Source: Candidatus Kryptoniota bacterium (GTDB lineage: Bacteria; Bacteroidota; Ignavibacteria; Kryptoniales; JAKASW01). Taken from it: a stretch of DNA of 64,000 nucleotides. Below the pieces are notes generated by a model. It searched no databases, was not told the DNA's origin, and saw only the letters and a list, made by a program, of their open reading frames with translations. A program made the translations under genes and the position numbers. Positions 54,757-64,000 of this stretch are shown here, one piece after another (positions within the stretch are counted from its first letter, which is position 1; every line of letters starts with the position of its first letter). The DNA lies in assembly GCA_036567965.1 (NCBI GenBank), contig DATCTN010000029.1, positions 6,932 through 70,931 on the forward strand, given 5' to 3'.

Positions 54757-56586
54757 CTATGAATTCCTTCTCATGAACCTGTTCCCTAGCGCCGGACGCG
54801 CACGCCCAGGTTTCTTGGGCGGCGGCGGCTTCACAAGGACCGCCTCGGCCGGTTTCCTGTTCAACAGGTACTGCTGGCCTATCGACAAGATGTTGAAGAC
54901 GAAATAGTACAGGTTCAATCCCGACGGGAGATTATTGAATATCAACCAGAACATGACCGGCATGAACCAGACCATGAACTGCTGACGCGGATCTTTTATG
55001 CTCATCTTCTGCTGTACCAGCATCGTCACCGCCATCAGGAATGCAAGTCCGCTTATCTGGTTCACTCCCAGAAATGGAACCGTAAACGGCAGATGAACTA
55101 TCGTGTCGGGCACAGATAGATCTTTCATCCACCAGATGAAATTCGCCTGTCGAAGCGCGATGTTGCTCCTGAATATCGCCCACAGAGCGTACAGAATCGG
55201 CATTTGCAGCACCATCGGCAGACACCCGCCCATCGGGTTTATCTTGTACTCCTTGTACAGGCTCATCACCGCCTGGTTCATCTTCTGCGGATCTTCCTTG
55301 TACTTCTCTTTTATCTCGTTCATCATCGGCTGAAGCGCCTGCATCTTCTTCATCGACTTCATGCTGCTCACGGTGAGCGGGTTCAACGCGACCTTTATGA
55401 TGAGCGAGAATAATATGATGACCAAACCGTAATTCGGAATGAACGTGTGGAAGAACCTGAACATCGGAAGGAAGACATATTCCGCGATCGGCCGCACGAT
55501 CCACTTCCAGCCGAGTCCCACAGTCTCTTCGAGACCGATATTGTACGATCTAAGTGCACGGTAATCCAGCGGGCCGGCGTATACCATGAACGAATCGCTC
55601 TGGAATGGTTGACCCTCGAAGCGCATCTCGAGCGATGTGTAGTATGTCCTAATCAGACCGTTGTCCGGCGCAGTCACCTCGCTGCCGTAAAGATACGCGC
55701 CGTCTGCAGGCCGGTCCTTTGCCGCAATTGCGACCGTAAAATACTTCGTCGTTTGAGAAACCCAGTCTGTCCTCCCTGCGAGCTCCTGTTTTACCGGTGC
55801 GTTTACCTTACTGGCGTCAAGAGAAACTGCTTCACCGCCGTTGAACGCGTACGCTGTCGAGTAACTCGATTCATCCACACTGTTTTCTTCCGCGTACTGT
55901 ATACCATGTTCCCAATTCACCTGGTACTGGAAGTTCGCGATGTACGGATCCATTTTCTTGAACGTCACCCGCGACCCGAAATCGTAAACACCTCCTTTGA
56001 AGGTATACTCCCGGACTATTTGCGACGAGTCGCCCACCGTCGCGGTGAAACTCAACTTGAATGTTTGATCCTTCGACAACGTTATTACTTCCCCGCCGAC
56101 AAAAGATGACTTGAAGAAAAGATCTTTCGTATCGATCAGCTTGCCGTCCATTGTCTGGAACAAAAGGCTATAGTCCCCGTTCGAATTGTAACTGACGAGT
56201 TGCACCGGGTTACCCCGCCAGGTTTTATAATCGGCGAGCGACCACTCTCTGATCATGCCTCCCCGCGTTGTAAGCACGGCGGTATACAGATCCGTTTGAA
56301 TCGAGATCGTCTTCGTAACGCCGTGTGTCAGCGGACTAAAAGTTTTCCCGAACAGTCGAAGAGCTGATGTATCGGACTGAGTCACCCTCGCGGTGGCTTG
56401 CTCCGGTTGACGTGTAGGTTTGCCGGACGTCGCGACTGGTGGAGCCTGCTCTTGGGGGGGTGCCGCGGATTGCTCCGTAGTCTGCTGCTGCTGTGGCCGC
56501 GGCGGCTGCTTCGGCGAATTGAAGTACATCCACACGAAGAGGAGAAGCGTGATTATAATTATGCCGACCGTTTCAGTCTTCCCCAT
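54757..56586 (-). CDS. yidC: membrane protein insertase YidC
   Basis: 609 aa. N-terminal TM, Gln/Pro-rich linker, large periplasmic domain, and a conserved C-terminal core (NYGLVIILFSLIIK, GGCLPMVLQMPI, LYYFVFNILSIGQQ). Confidence 0.95.
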   Translation of the reverse strand: MGKTETVGIIIITLLLFVWMYFNSPKQPPRPQQQQTTEQSAAPPQEQAPPVATSGKPTRQPEQATARVTQSDTSALRLFGKTFSPLTHGVTKTISIQTDLYTAVLTTRGGMIREWSLADYKTWRGNPVQLVSYNSNGDYSLLFQTMDGKLIDTKDLFFKSSFVGGEVITLSKDQTFKLSFTATVGDSSQIVREYTFKGGVYDFGSRVTFKKMDPYIANFQYQVNWEHGIQYAEENSVDESSYSTAYAFNGGEAVSLDASKVNAPVKQELAGRTDWVSQTTKYFTVAIAAKDRPADGAYLYGSEVTAPDNGLIRTYYTSLEMRFEGQPFQSDSFMVYAGPLDYRALRSYNIGLEETVGLGWKWIVRPIAEYVFLPMFRFFHTFIPNYGLVIILFSLIIKVALNPLTVSSMKSMKKMQALQPMMNEIKEKYKEDPQKMNQAVMSLYKEYKINPMGGCLPMVLQMPILYALWAIFRSNIALRQANFIWWMKDLSVPDTIVHLPFTVPFLGVNQISGLAFLMAVTMLVQQKMSIKDPRQQFMVWFMPVMFWLIFNNLPSGLNLYYFVFNILSIGQQYLLNRKPAEAVLVKPPPPKKPGRARPALGNRFMRRNS

Positions 56587-56862
56587 CTATTTTCCTTTCG
56601 CTGTTCCGCCGACGGGATCGTAGCCGCCTTTGCTGAACGGGTTGCACCTCAAGACCCTCCATGCCGACAGGAGAATTCCCTTCGTGAACCCGTGAACATG
56701 GAAAGCTTCGACGGAATATTCGGAGCAGCTCGGATAAAATCTGCACGCCGGCGGGAAGAGAGGCGAGATTAGTTTCTGGTAGAGCCTTATCAGCCCGACC
56801 GCCGCTTCACGCGGCAGCCTGGTCGGTGATACTTCGTAAAAACCGATTGAAATCCTTTTCAA
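56587..56862 (-). CDS. yidD: membrane protein insertion efficiency factor YidD
   Basis: LIRLYQKLISPLFPPACRFYPSCSEYSVEAF...LRCNPFSKGGYDPV. The start is uncertain, because the 56862 start overlaps rnpA by 56 nt. Confidence 0.85.
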   Translation of the reverse strand: MKRISIGFYEVSPTRLPREAAVGLIRLYQKLISPLFPPACRFYPSCSEYSVEAFHVHGFTKGILLSAWRVLRCNPFSKGGYDPVGGTAKGK

Positions 56863-57178
56863 TATCTTTCAATGCCAACATTTTTGCGGGCCGGTCGTAG
56901 CTGCAGTTCATCACGAGTCTGATGCCGGTGTCCCTGGATGCAGTCGCTGAGCAGACTTTTTGCCGGTTGAGCCTGAAGACTTCTCTCATGAGCCGCTTCA
57001 ACCGATTACGGTCGACCGCTCGCTTCACTCTGTTTGAAACGGTAAACGCGACACCCGTAGCGCCGCGTTCGCCGGCAAACACATAGAAGAGGGAAATATT
57101 TTCTCCGCCAAAGCGCTTACCGGTCCTGAAGATGTTCCTGATTTCGCTCGACGATTTGATGATGACGTTTTTTCCCAA
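56807..57178 (-). CDS. rnpA: ribonuclease P protein component
   Basis: 123 aa with a TTG start. RNR-like motif VKRAVDRNRLKRLMREVFR. Canonical position between rpmH and yidD. Confidence 0.85.
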   Translation of the reverse strand: MGKNVIIKSSSEIRNIFRTGKRFGGENISLFYVFAGERGATGVAFTVSNRVKRAVDRNRLKRLMREVFRLNRQKVCSATASRDTGIRLVMNCSYDRPAKMLALKDIEKDFNRFLRSITDQAAA

Positions 57179-57251
57179 CGGGGGTTCGCCTCTTCAAGTC
57201 ACGTCCGGCGACCGTAGGACCGGGCCGCTAGGCGCAATTGCTTCTCAGACT

Positions 57252-57398
57252 TTATTTTTCATCGCTGACGGTCAGACGCCAACGACCCTTGGCTCGCCTT
57301 CGCGCCAGAACCTTCCGGCCGGTCTTGCTCCGCATCTTTGAACGAAAGCCGTGTGTCCTCCGCCTTGGCGTATTGTGCGGCTGGAATGTCCTTTTCAT
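57252..57398 (-). CDS. rpmH: 50S ribosomal protein L34
   Basis: Below the track's size cutoff, so translated by hand: [48 protein letters not shown] (48 aa). This is the classic L34 sequence. Confidence 0.93.
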   Translation of the reverse strand: MKRTFQPHNTPRRRTHGFRSKMRSKTGRKVLARRRAKGRWRLTVSDEK

Positions 57399-57544
57399 TA
57401 AATCTTGCTCCTGTACCTTTAAATTTTGCCCGACAAGTTAGCTCCAATCTGAACAAGATTCAAGATTTTTGTCTCGACATCTCCTTAATGAAGGGCATCG
57501 GAGATTTCTTCTAATATGCGAATAATCTTAGTGTTACACGGATG

Positions 57545-57930
57545 TTTTCCACAATCTTGTTCCACTTTTCCACAGCGCCCCGCATGCTCCCACGAAAACA
57601 CGCCATATTGCGCCCTCTTGCTGACCTTACCGGGTTTCCACATTGCGCGTTCCCCGACCTCGTAAGCCGCTGACGTGCTGATGGTTACGGCGCCATGCAA
57701 CTGTCTGCTCCATCTTGTTTTTCCACACCCGCTGTATTATTATTCACAGCCAAAAATCTTGGCGGCTTGGTGTGGATAACTTGTGGAAAGCTGAAAAAAT
57801 TAAATCGATTTCGCCTTTGCAGAGAAAGGTTTCTCTTTTTCTGTTTTCCACACGGATGTTAAATCTATGTTATCTCTCACCGTAAGAACTTCTAGTCATT
57901 GAAGTTGTGTCCCTTTTTGGCTGTTGATAA
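57545..57930. other. DnaA-box cluster upstream of dnaA (oriC part 1 / dnaA autoregulatory region)
   Basis: Boxes read by eye. TTTTCCACA at 57545, 57566, 57719 and 57844. GTTTCCACA at 57634. TTATTCACA at 57740. Perfect TGTGGATAA (reverse TTATCCACA) at 57771. TGTGGAAAG at 57782. TGTTGATAA at 57922. Confidence 0.8.
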
Positions 57931-57974
57931 CTCTGTCGGTAATGTGAAGAACTTTAACGTGTCAGTGGAGTGTC

Positions 57975-59375
57975 ATGATGCAGACGGTTGCGGATGCCAA
58001 TGGCGTTTGGCAGGAATGCATGAAGATCATTCATGCGCGGGTGAACAATCTGAGCTACAAAACATGGTTCGAGCCGGTAATGCCGGTAAGCCTCGACACC
58101 AGAAGCCTCGTGCTAAAAGTGCCGAGCCAGTTTTTCCATGATTGGCTCGAGGAGCACTACTCAACAGTCGTCACAGAATCCGTAAAGACAATTCTCGGAG
58201 ATAATGTCCGGGTTGAATACACAATCTCCGACGAAGATTTGTCTGAGTCGGAACCCCAGTTCTACCGACCGCCTCAGGCGGGTCAGCAACAAATGCCGGG
58301 GCCGAAGCCGCAAGCGCAAAAGTTTACCAGCCATCTTCCCTTCGAGACCAATCTCAATCCGCGCTACACATTCGATAATTTCATAAAAGGCGACAGCAAT
58401 CAGTTCGCGCGCGCAGCTGCATATGCGGTCGGGAATAATCCCGCCGGTACATCGTTCAACCCCCTGGTGGTTTATGGCGGCGTCGGACTCGGAAAAACCC
58501 ACCTGATCCAGGCAATCGGCAATTTCGCGAGACAGATTGGGAAGGCTGACCGCGTCCTTTATGTCTCCAGCGAACGATTCACGGTCGATTTCGTCGACGC
58601 AATCCAAAAAGACAGGGCCAACGAGTTCTCCAATTTCTACAGGAGCATGGATGTCCTAATCGTTGACGATATTCAATTCCTCGCCGGGAAGGAAAAAACG
58701 CAGGACAATTTCTTCCATACGTTCAACGCGCTTCACCAGTCGGGCAAACAAATCGTCCTGTCTTCAGACCGGCCGCCGAAAGAGCTCAAGGGCGTTGACG
58801 ACAGGCTCATCAGCAGGTTTACGTGGGGATTGACCGTCGACGTTCAACCTCCGGATCTCGAAACAAGGATCGCGATATTGAGGAAGAAAAGCGAAGATGA
58901 CGGGATCCAGATGCCTGACGATGTGATCGAGTACGTGGCAGCAAATGTTACGTCAAATATCCGCGAGCTGGAGGGAAGCGTCATCAGTATTCTCGCGAAG
59001 GCCAGTCTTAACAACCGCGATGTTAGTGTCGACCTCGCCAAGGAAGTGGTCCGCAGTCTTGCCATAAGTAGAAAGGCGTCGGTTACCGTAGAGGATATTC
59101 AGAAAATCGTGTCGGACTTGTTTGATGTGACTGAAGATCAGCTGAGAGCGAAAACCAGGAAGCAGGAGATTGTGATTGCCCGCCAAACCGCGATGTATCT
59201 CACAAAAGAGCTTACCCAGCTTCCGCTGAAAACAATTGGAAGTCACTTCGGCGGCCGGGACCATTCAACCGTGATCTACGCATGCCAGATAGTCGCAGAC
59301 CTTCTTTCAAATGACGATCACTTCCGGGAGAAGTATGAGAGGATCAAGAAGCGCATTGAGCTTATCGGAATGTGA
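57975..59375 (+). CDS. dnaA: chromosomal replication initiator protein DnaA
   Basis: 466 aa. NPRYTFDNFI, Walker A GGVGLGKTHL, box VII/sensor regions and C-terminal HTH IGSHFGGRDHSTVIYA. Confidence 0.97.
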   Translation: MMQTVADANGVWQECMKIIHARVNNLSYKTWFEPVMPVSLDTRSLVLKVPSQFFHDWLEEHYSTVVTESVKTILGDNVRVEYTISDEDLSESEPQFYRPPQAGQQQMPGPKPQAQKFTSHLPFETNLNPRYTFDNFIKGDSNQFARAAAYAVGNNPAGTSFNPLVVYGGVGLGKTHLIQAIGNFARQIGKADRVLYVSSERFTVDFVDAIQKDRANEFSNFYRSMDVLIVDDIQFLAGKEKTQDNFFHTFNALHQSGKQIVLSSDRPPKELKGVDDRLISRFTWGLTVDVQPPDLETRIAILRKKSEDDGIQMPDDVIEYVAANVTSNIRELEGSVISILAKASLNNRDVSVDLAKEVVRSLAISRKASVTVEDIQKIVSDLFDVTEDQLRAKTRKQEIVIARQTAMYLTKELTQLPLKTIGSHFGGRDHSTVIYACQIVADLLSNDDHFREKYERIKKRIELIGM

Positions 59376-59584
59376 GGAACTTGTTTATATCCGTGTCGAT
59401 ATCCAGACGGTTCATGTTGATAGATGGAAACTTTTCGACAATAAAATCTACCGACAAACACCGTGTTGATATACCTGCAGTAACGAACATCTTGTTACCG
59501 GCCGCTGTGCAATACTCCCGACCTCGAACTCATTTCAATTGACCGCGACTCTTGACGTTACAAATTTCGCCCGGGACATTTAAC

Positions 59585-59660
59585 ATATTCACACTCTTTA
59601 CTAGTCTTATTATCTTTATGTATATAAAATAATATTTATAATAATTGGGGGTTCTCCACA
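59585..59660. other. AT-rich element flanked by DnaA boxes in the dnaA-dnaN spacer (candidate DUE / oriC part 2)
   Basis: ATATTCACA 59585..59593. The stretch 59606..59646 is almost pure A/T (cttattatctttatgtatataaaataatatttataataatt). Then GGGGG, then TTCTCCACA 59652..59660. Weaker boxes TGTTGATAG at 59414 and TGTTGATAT at 59464. Confidence 0.55.
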
Positions 59661-59961
59661 CGCGATTGGAAATCAGGTAGGGGGATTTGTTCAGTCACAA
59701 ACAATCATCCGGTGATCTCTTGGTTTGAGAGCACCCGTGGAGACGCGCAAAGATGATACTGATTCATCCAGGCCTCAGCTCCAGGAGCCGGACACCTCCA
59801 GTGGTTTAATGTTGGGATCGCAAGCAAGGCGAGGGAATATCAGACCGTTAAAGCGAATGTAGCTCAACAGAGGAAATTGAATCTTAGACCGGAAAAAGCT
59901 AAATTTATTTCAAATTCACAACACTCTTTCGTGAAATATCCCGTAAACAATGGAGGCGGAA

Positions 59962-61116
59962 ATGAAGTTTAAGGCAAATAGCAGAGAACTTCGCGACGCG
60001 ATTGGCCGTGTGATCGGCGTGGTTCCTGTTAGAACAACCATTCCAGCAATTGAGAACTTGCTGCTGGAGACGAGCAAGAAAAGACTTACGATTTCCGCAA
60101 CGGACCTCGAAATATCCATGTCGACAGTCACCGACATATCGGAGGGAACAGATGGGAAGATTACAGTCAACGCGAAAGAGTTTTTTGATATTATGAGGAA
60201 CCTTGAAGACGCGGAGGTGGATCTCGCTGCAGATGACAAACTCAAGCTCACGCTGAAGACAAAGTCCGGCTCGTACAGGTTCGCATGTTCTCCGGCGGAA
60301 GAGTACCCGACGCTTCCCACTCTGGGTGAGAATGCGGAAACCGCGACGGTGTCGTCGGACGCGCTGAGGACCGTTATCGAGCGGACAGTATTTGCCGTTT
60401 CCAAGGACGAGCACAGGCGTTCGATGAACGGAGTGCTCTTCCAATTCTCCGGTCGAGGTGCAAAGATATACTCGACCGACGGTCACAGACTGGTTCGGAT
60501 CGAAGACAAGGCGCTTGTTGATAAAATATTGAAGAAGGAAGCGAACATTCAGGAAAAGGCACTGAACCTGGCGGCGAAGAATTTACGAGGAAACATGATC
60601 GAGATAACCATCGCAGATGACCACATCAGGTTGAAAAGTCCAGATACGGAACTGATCACGCGGTTGATCAAGGACGCGCATCCCGACTATGAAGCGGTGA
60701 TTCCGAGCGATATCGACAACAACAAACTTATGACTGTGAACAGAGGTGAGCTCCTGGAAAAGGTAAGGCGCGTCGCGATTCTTTCCGATTCTGTGAACCA
60801 TCTCGTGAAGTTCACGGTAGACAAAGATGCGCTGACAATTTCCGCCGAGGATGCAGACAGGGGCGAGATGGGCGAAGAGAAATTGCAGATACAATGGAAC
60901 GGCGGTGATCAGCTCAGTATCGGTTTTAACTCGACCTATATAACGGAAGCAATGGGGAGCATAGATGCCGGAAAGGTCAGGTTTGCGTTCTCCTCACCGA
61001 CGAGGGCAGCAACCATCAGACCGATCCCGGACGAAGGAAAAGGAACAGCCGGTGCGCCCGATGGATCGCGCGCTCAGGACATACTTATCCTGGTGATGCC
61101 GCTCAGACTCAATTGA
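59962..61116 (+). CDS. dnaN: DNA polymerase III beta sliding clamp
   Basis: Start set at the ATG at 59962 (MKFKANSRELRDAIG), preceded by GGAGG. TDGHRLV, LIKDAHPDYEAVIP and C-terminal LVMPLRL. Confidence 0.95.
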   Translation: MKFKANSRELRDAIGRVIGVVPVRTTIPAIENLLLETSKKRLTISATDLEISMSTVTDISEGTDGKITVNAKEFFDIMRNLEDAEVDLAADDKLKLTLKTKSGSYRFACSPAEEYPTLPTLGENAETATVSSDALRTVIERTVFAVSKDEHRRSMNGVLFQFSGRGAKIYSTDGHRLVRIEDKALVDKILKKEANIQEKALNLAAKNLRGNMIEITIADDHIRLKSPDTELITRLIKDAHPDYEAVIPSDIDNNKLMTVNRGELLEKVRRVAILSDSVNHLVKFTVDKDALTISAEDADRGEMGEEKLQIQWNGGDQLSIGFNSTYITEAMGSIDAGKVRFAFSSPTRAATIRPIPDEGKGTAGAPDGSRAQDILILVMPLRLN

Positions 61117-61119
61117 GTA

Positions 61120-62238
61120 ATGAAAGTCAAGAAAGTACAACTTATAAATTTCCGAAATCATGCCGAGTCGGCGCTGGAGTTCAGCGACGGCATTAACATC
61201 ATAACAGGTGCCAACGCACAGGGAAAGACGAGTATTCTCGAAGCACTGTCGTACGTCTGCCTGACGAAAAGCTTCCTGCAGCAGCCCGACGATGCGGTGC
61301 GTAAGTTCGGCGCAGATGCGTTCTCGGTGGAAGCTCTGATGGAAAAAGACAGCGGCATGGTTAACAGGGTTCGATTTACATCGGAGGCCGGCGGCGGGAA
61401 GAAGTATCTTCTCGACAACAACGAAGTGAGGAAAAGTGCTGACGTGATAGGGATGTTCCCGATCGTCGTCCTTGCTCCGAAGGATTTCGCGCTGACGAGC
61501 GGTGCGCCCTCGGAACGGAGACAATTTGCGGACATGGTCCTTTCGCAGGTGTCGCACGCGTATCTCGAAGAACTGCTCGAGTACCGCCGCGCGCTCAAGC
61601 AGAGAAACAAGATCCTGCTCGACGCAAAGCTGAACGATATCTTGGACCGGGAAATCCTTGCTGCGTGGACCGATGCACTGGTGCTTCATGGTACAAGAGT
61701 AATGGCGAAGCGTGCTGAATTCGCTAGCGGGTTCCAGGAGACATTCAGACGGGCCTACTCACTCCTCGTGGAGCTTGGTGAAGTCCCGGGACTCTTGTAT
61801 GAGCCGTCATTCCGGTACGAAGCGAATATAAGCCAGGAATTTCACGCGGCGTTGGAGAAACTGGCCGCCGCGGAATGCGCACGCGGCTCAACCCTTGCCG
61901 GTCCGCACCGCGACGATATCGGCTTCATGCTGAACGAGAAGCCAATAAGGGAGTTCGCGTCCCAGGGTCAACATAAGACATTCCTTGTTGCGCTGAAGAT
62001 TGCGGAGTTCCATTACATAAGGGAGATGCTCGGCGAGACTCCTGCTATGCTTCTCGATGATGTGATGACAGAGCTTGATTACTCGCGGGCGACAAAAACG
62101 GTGCGCGCTGTTGCAACGCTCGGACAGACATTCATCACTGCAACCGATCTACTGAGCTACGATGAGAAGCTCCTCGACACGCGGGAAACGAAGTATCATT
62201 TTGTCCGCGAGGGAAATGTGGTGTACGAAGATGCCTGA
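61120..62238 (+). CDS. recF: DNA replication and repair protein RecF
   Basis: 372 aa. NFRNH..., Walker A GANAQGKTSILEA, signature GPHRDD..., Walker B LLLDDVMTELD. Confidence 0.95.
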   Translation: MKVKKVQLINFRNHAESALEFSDGINIITGANAQGKTSILEALSYVCLTKSFLQQPDDAVRKFGADAFSVEALMEKDSGMVNRVRFTSEAGGGKKYLLDNNEVRKSADVIGMFPIVVLAPKDFALTSGAPSERRQFADMVLSQVSHAYLEELLEYRRALKQRNKILLDAKLNDILDREILAAWTDALVLHGTRVMAKRAEFASGFQETFRRAYSLLVELGEVPGLLYEPSFRYEANISQEFHAALEKLAAAECARGSTLAGPHRDDIGFMLNEKPIREFASQGQHKTFLVALKIAEFHYIREMLGETPAMLLDDVMTELDYSRATKTVRAVATLGQTFITATDLLSYDEKLLDTRETKYHFVREGNVVYEDA

Positions 62239-62515
62239 AGCAAGAAGGGTTGGCGATTTGATAAAGGAATTTTCACAGCAGGAGGGAGTATCCGAGCGGC
62301 TGAAGGCTTACAAGGTCGTTGCCGAATGGGAGGAGATTGTCGGCGCAATGATCGGAAAGAACACGGAAATCTCCAGAATCGAGAACGGGATCCTGTACAT
62401 CAAGGCGGCCAATAGCGCGTGGCGCAACGAGCTGGTTTTCATGAAACCGACGATCCTTAAGAAGATCCGGGACAGCTATCCCGAGTCGGGCGTCAACGAT
62501 ATTTTTTTCATTTAA
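62231..62515 (+). CDS. DUF721-domain protein (DciA-like), canonical recF-gyrB position
   Basis: Start set at the ATG at 62231, which overlaps the recF stop (ATGCCTGA). ...AEWEEIVGAMIGKNTEISRIENGILYIKAANSAWRNELVFMKPTILKKI matches the DUF721 pattern. Confidence 0.7.
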   Translation: MPEARRVGDLIKEFSQQEGVSERLKAYKVVAEWEEIVGAMIGKNTEISRIENGILYIKAANSAWRNELVFMKPTILKKIRDSYPESGVNDIFFI

Positions 62516-62527
62516 AAGAGGCAATTC

Positions 62528-64000
62528 ATGGCGAAGAAGGAAGCGGCTACTAAAGCCAAACCGCAAAAAATACAGAAGAACGGAAAGCCGCCCAAAGCGA
62601 AACCCGATCCGAACGACTTGAAACTGCTTTCCAGGAGCGGTGCCGGGAAGGCGACCAAGCCTAAGGGTGGAAACGGCGAGGACTATACCGCCGAAAGTAT
62701 TACCGTCCTCAAGGGACTGGAAGCTGTCAGGAAACGCCCCGCAATGTATATCGGAGACGTCGGCCAGCGCGGTTTGCACCACCTCGTGTATGAAGTCGTC
62801 GACAACTCGATCGATGAGGCGCTTGCCGGTTTCTGCAAAAACATTATCGTGACGATAAATAAGGACTTCAGCGTAACCGTTGAAGACGACGGACGCGGTA
62901 TCCCGACCGACATGCACCCGCAGGAAAAGAAGTCTGCCCTTGAAGTTGTTATGACGATGCTCCATGCCGGTGGGAAATTCGACAAGTCCACTTACAAAGT
63001 GTCGGGCGGCCTTCATGGTGTCGGAGTTTCCGTGGTGAATGCGCTCTCCGAGGTTATGGAAACGAAGGTCTATCGCGAAGGGAAAATCTTTTACCAGAAG
63101 TATAAGCGGGGCGACCCGGTCGAGCCCGTCAAGGTGATCGGGAAAGACCCGAGGACGGGCACGACGCAGATATTTACTCCCGACAGGGAGATTTTCAAGA
63201 ACCGCAGCTACAAGTTCGAGACTGTCGCCGAAAGGATGCGCGAGCTCGCGTTCCTGAATCCTGAGATAAAGATAAAGCTCCTCGACAAACGGGACGGGAA
63301 GGAAGAGATATTCCACTATACCGGAGGCCTCACCGAATTCGTGCGGTACATCGACGGCACAAGGAAGGCGCTGACAAAAGACCCGATATACATTTCAGCC
63401 GAGCGTGAGGGGGTGTCGGTGGAAGTTGCATTCGAGTACTGCGACGACTACCGTGAAAACCTGTTCTCGTACGTGAACGACATCAACACGATTGAAGGCG
63501 GGACACACGTCAGCGGGTTCAGGAGCGCACTCACGAGAACGCTGAAGTCATACGCTGAGAAGAACAACCTCGTCAAGACCGACAAAGTCAACCTGACTGG
63601 CGATGATTTCAGGGAAGGTCTCACCGTCGTGATAAGTACGAAAGTCCCCGAGCCACAGTTCGAAGGACAGACGAAGACGAAGCTCGGCAACAGCGAGGTG
63701 GAAAGCATCGTCCAGACGATAGTCAACGACAAACTCGGGCAGTACCTGGAGGAAAGCCCGGGCATCGCTCGGAGGATCATCGAGAAGGTGGTGACTTCTG
63801 CGGAGGCGCGCGAGGCGGCGAGGAAAGCTCGCGAGATCGTAAGACGGAAGAACGCGCTCGAGTCCTCGAATCTTCCCGGTAAACTTGCCGACTGTTCTAT
63901 AAACGATCCGGAGCACTGCGAGATCTTCATCGTCGAGGGAGATTCCGCGGGTGGCTCGGCAAAACAGGGGCGCGACAGGCAGTTCCAGGCAATCCTTCCG
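62528..64000 (+). CDS. gyrB: DNA gyrase subunit B, partial (runs off right edge), with Lys/Pro-rich N-terminal extension
   Basis: Not in the track because there is no stop. ATG at 62528 after AAGAGG. 491 codons are open to 64000. ITVLKGLEAVRKRPAMYIGD, LHHLVYEVVDNSIDEA, EDDGRGIPTD, GGLHGVGVSVVNALS, QFEGQTKTKLGN, LPGKLADC, EIFIVEGDSAGGSAKQGRDR. Confidence 0.95.
   Translation, partial: MAKKEAATKAKPQKIQKNGKPPKAKPDPNDLKLLSRSGAGKATKPKGGNGEDYTAESITVLKGLEAVRKRPAMYIGDVGQRGLHHLVYEVVDNSIDEALAGFCKNIIVTINKDFSVTVEDDGRGIPTDMHPQEKKSALEVVMTMLHAGGKFDKSTYKVSGGLHGVGVSVVNALSEVMETKVYREGKIFYQKYKRGDPVEPVKVIGKDPRTGTTQIFTPDREIFKNRSYKFETVAERMRELAFLNPEIKIKLLDKRDGKEEIFHYTGGLTEFVRYIDGTRKALTKDPIYISAEREGVSVEVAFEYCDDYRENLFSYVNDINTIEGGTHVSGFRSALTRTLKSYAEKNNLVKTDKVNLTGDDFREGLTVVISTKVPEPQFEGQTKTKLGNSEVESIVQTIVNDKLGQYLEESPGIARRIIEKVVTSAEAREAARKAREIVRRKNALESSNLPGKLADCSINDPEHCEIFIVEGDSAGGSAKQGRDRQFQAILP

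Noticed and set aside
54932-56109. 190-aa and 220-aa alternative-frame or antisense ORFs within yidC
   Set aside because: The yidC frame is strongly supported. These are frame artefacts.
57485-57700. 71-aa minus-strand ORF between rpmH and dnaA
   Set aside because: It lies across the DnaA-box cluster, has no RBS and has an odd composition. The region is better explained as origin or regulatory DNA.
59905-61689. Minus-strand ORFs (193, 162 and 231 aa) overlapping dnaN and recF
   Set aside because: They are antisense to well-supported dnaN and recF, and their composition is Arg-rich and biased.
62273-63316. 347-aa minus-strand ORF overlapping DUF721 and gyrB
   Set aside because: The plus strand encodes unmistakable GyrB motifs. 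The minus-strand product has no recognisable features.
1-64000. Scan for CRISPR arrays, tRNA/rRNA genes, transposases, integrases, phage genes and known defence-system proteins
   Set aside because: I saw no spaced direct-repeat arrays and no tRNA T-arm/acceptor patterns in the intergenic regions. No ORF had transposase, integrase, restriction or Cas-like motifs. This was a scan by eye only, so small or degenerate elements could have been missed.

Overview
This 64-kb window is bacterial chromosome with about 50-58% GC in hand-counted samples. It is probably from an FCB-group organism outside classical Bacteroidia. Three large secreted proteins end in the ...NYPNPFNPST... T9SS C-terminal sorting domain, yet genes carry strong GGAGG Shine-Dalgarno sites and TTGACA-type -35 boxes. 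This taxonomic call is inference only.

The right end is the replication-origin neighbourhood. rpmH-rnpA-yidD-yidC lie on the minus strand, followed by a dense DnaA-box cluster and then dnaA-dnaN-recF-DUF721(DciA-like)-gyrB on the plus strand. A second box cluster plus an AT-rich element sits between dnaA and dnaN.

Other core genes:
- mfd, murQ, mnmG, mnmE, alaA and msrA
- a phnDCE-type ABC importer
- a polyol dehydrogenase and FGGY kinase pair
- an ECF sigma factor
- an ArsR/SdpR-SdpI pair

Accessory content:
- a cobalamin riboswitch controlling a TonB-dependent receptor, a beta-propeller lipoprotein and a small polytopic membrane protein
- three T9SS cargo genes, one with a lamin-tail / OB-like / double-HKD (PLD-nuclease) architecture
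- an AT-rich block covering a lysozyme-like C-terminal domain and the start of the next gene
- a B12-binding radical SAM gene broken by two frameshifts
- several uncharacterised lipoproteins

I found no rRNA, tRNA, CRISPR array, transposase, integrase or recognisable defence system. I did not recognise one clear-cut new multi-gene system. The best candidates are the riboswitch-controlled B12 locus, which lacks a canonical inner-membrane transporter, the T9SS nuclease cluster, and the AT-rich lysozyme-domain cassette. All functional calls rest on motif recognition by eye and no searches were run.
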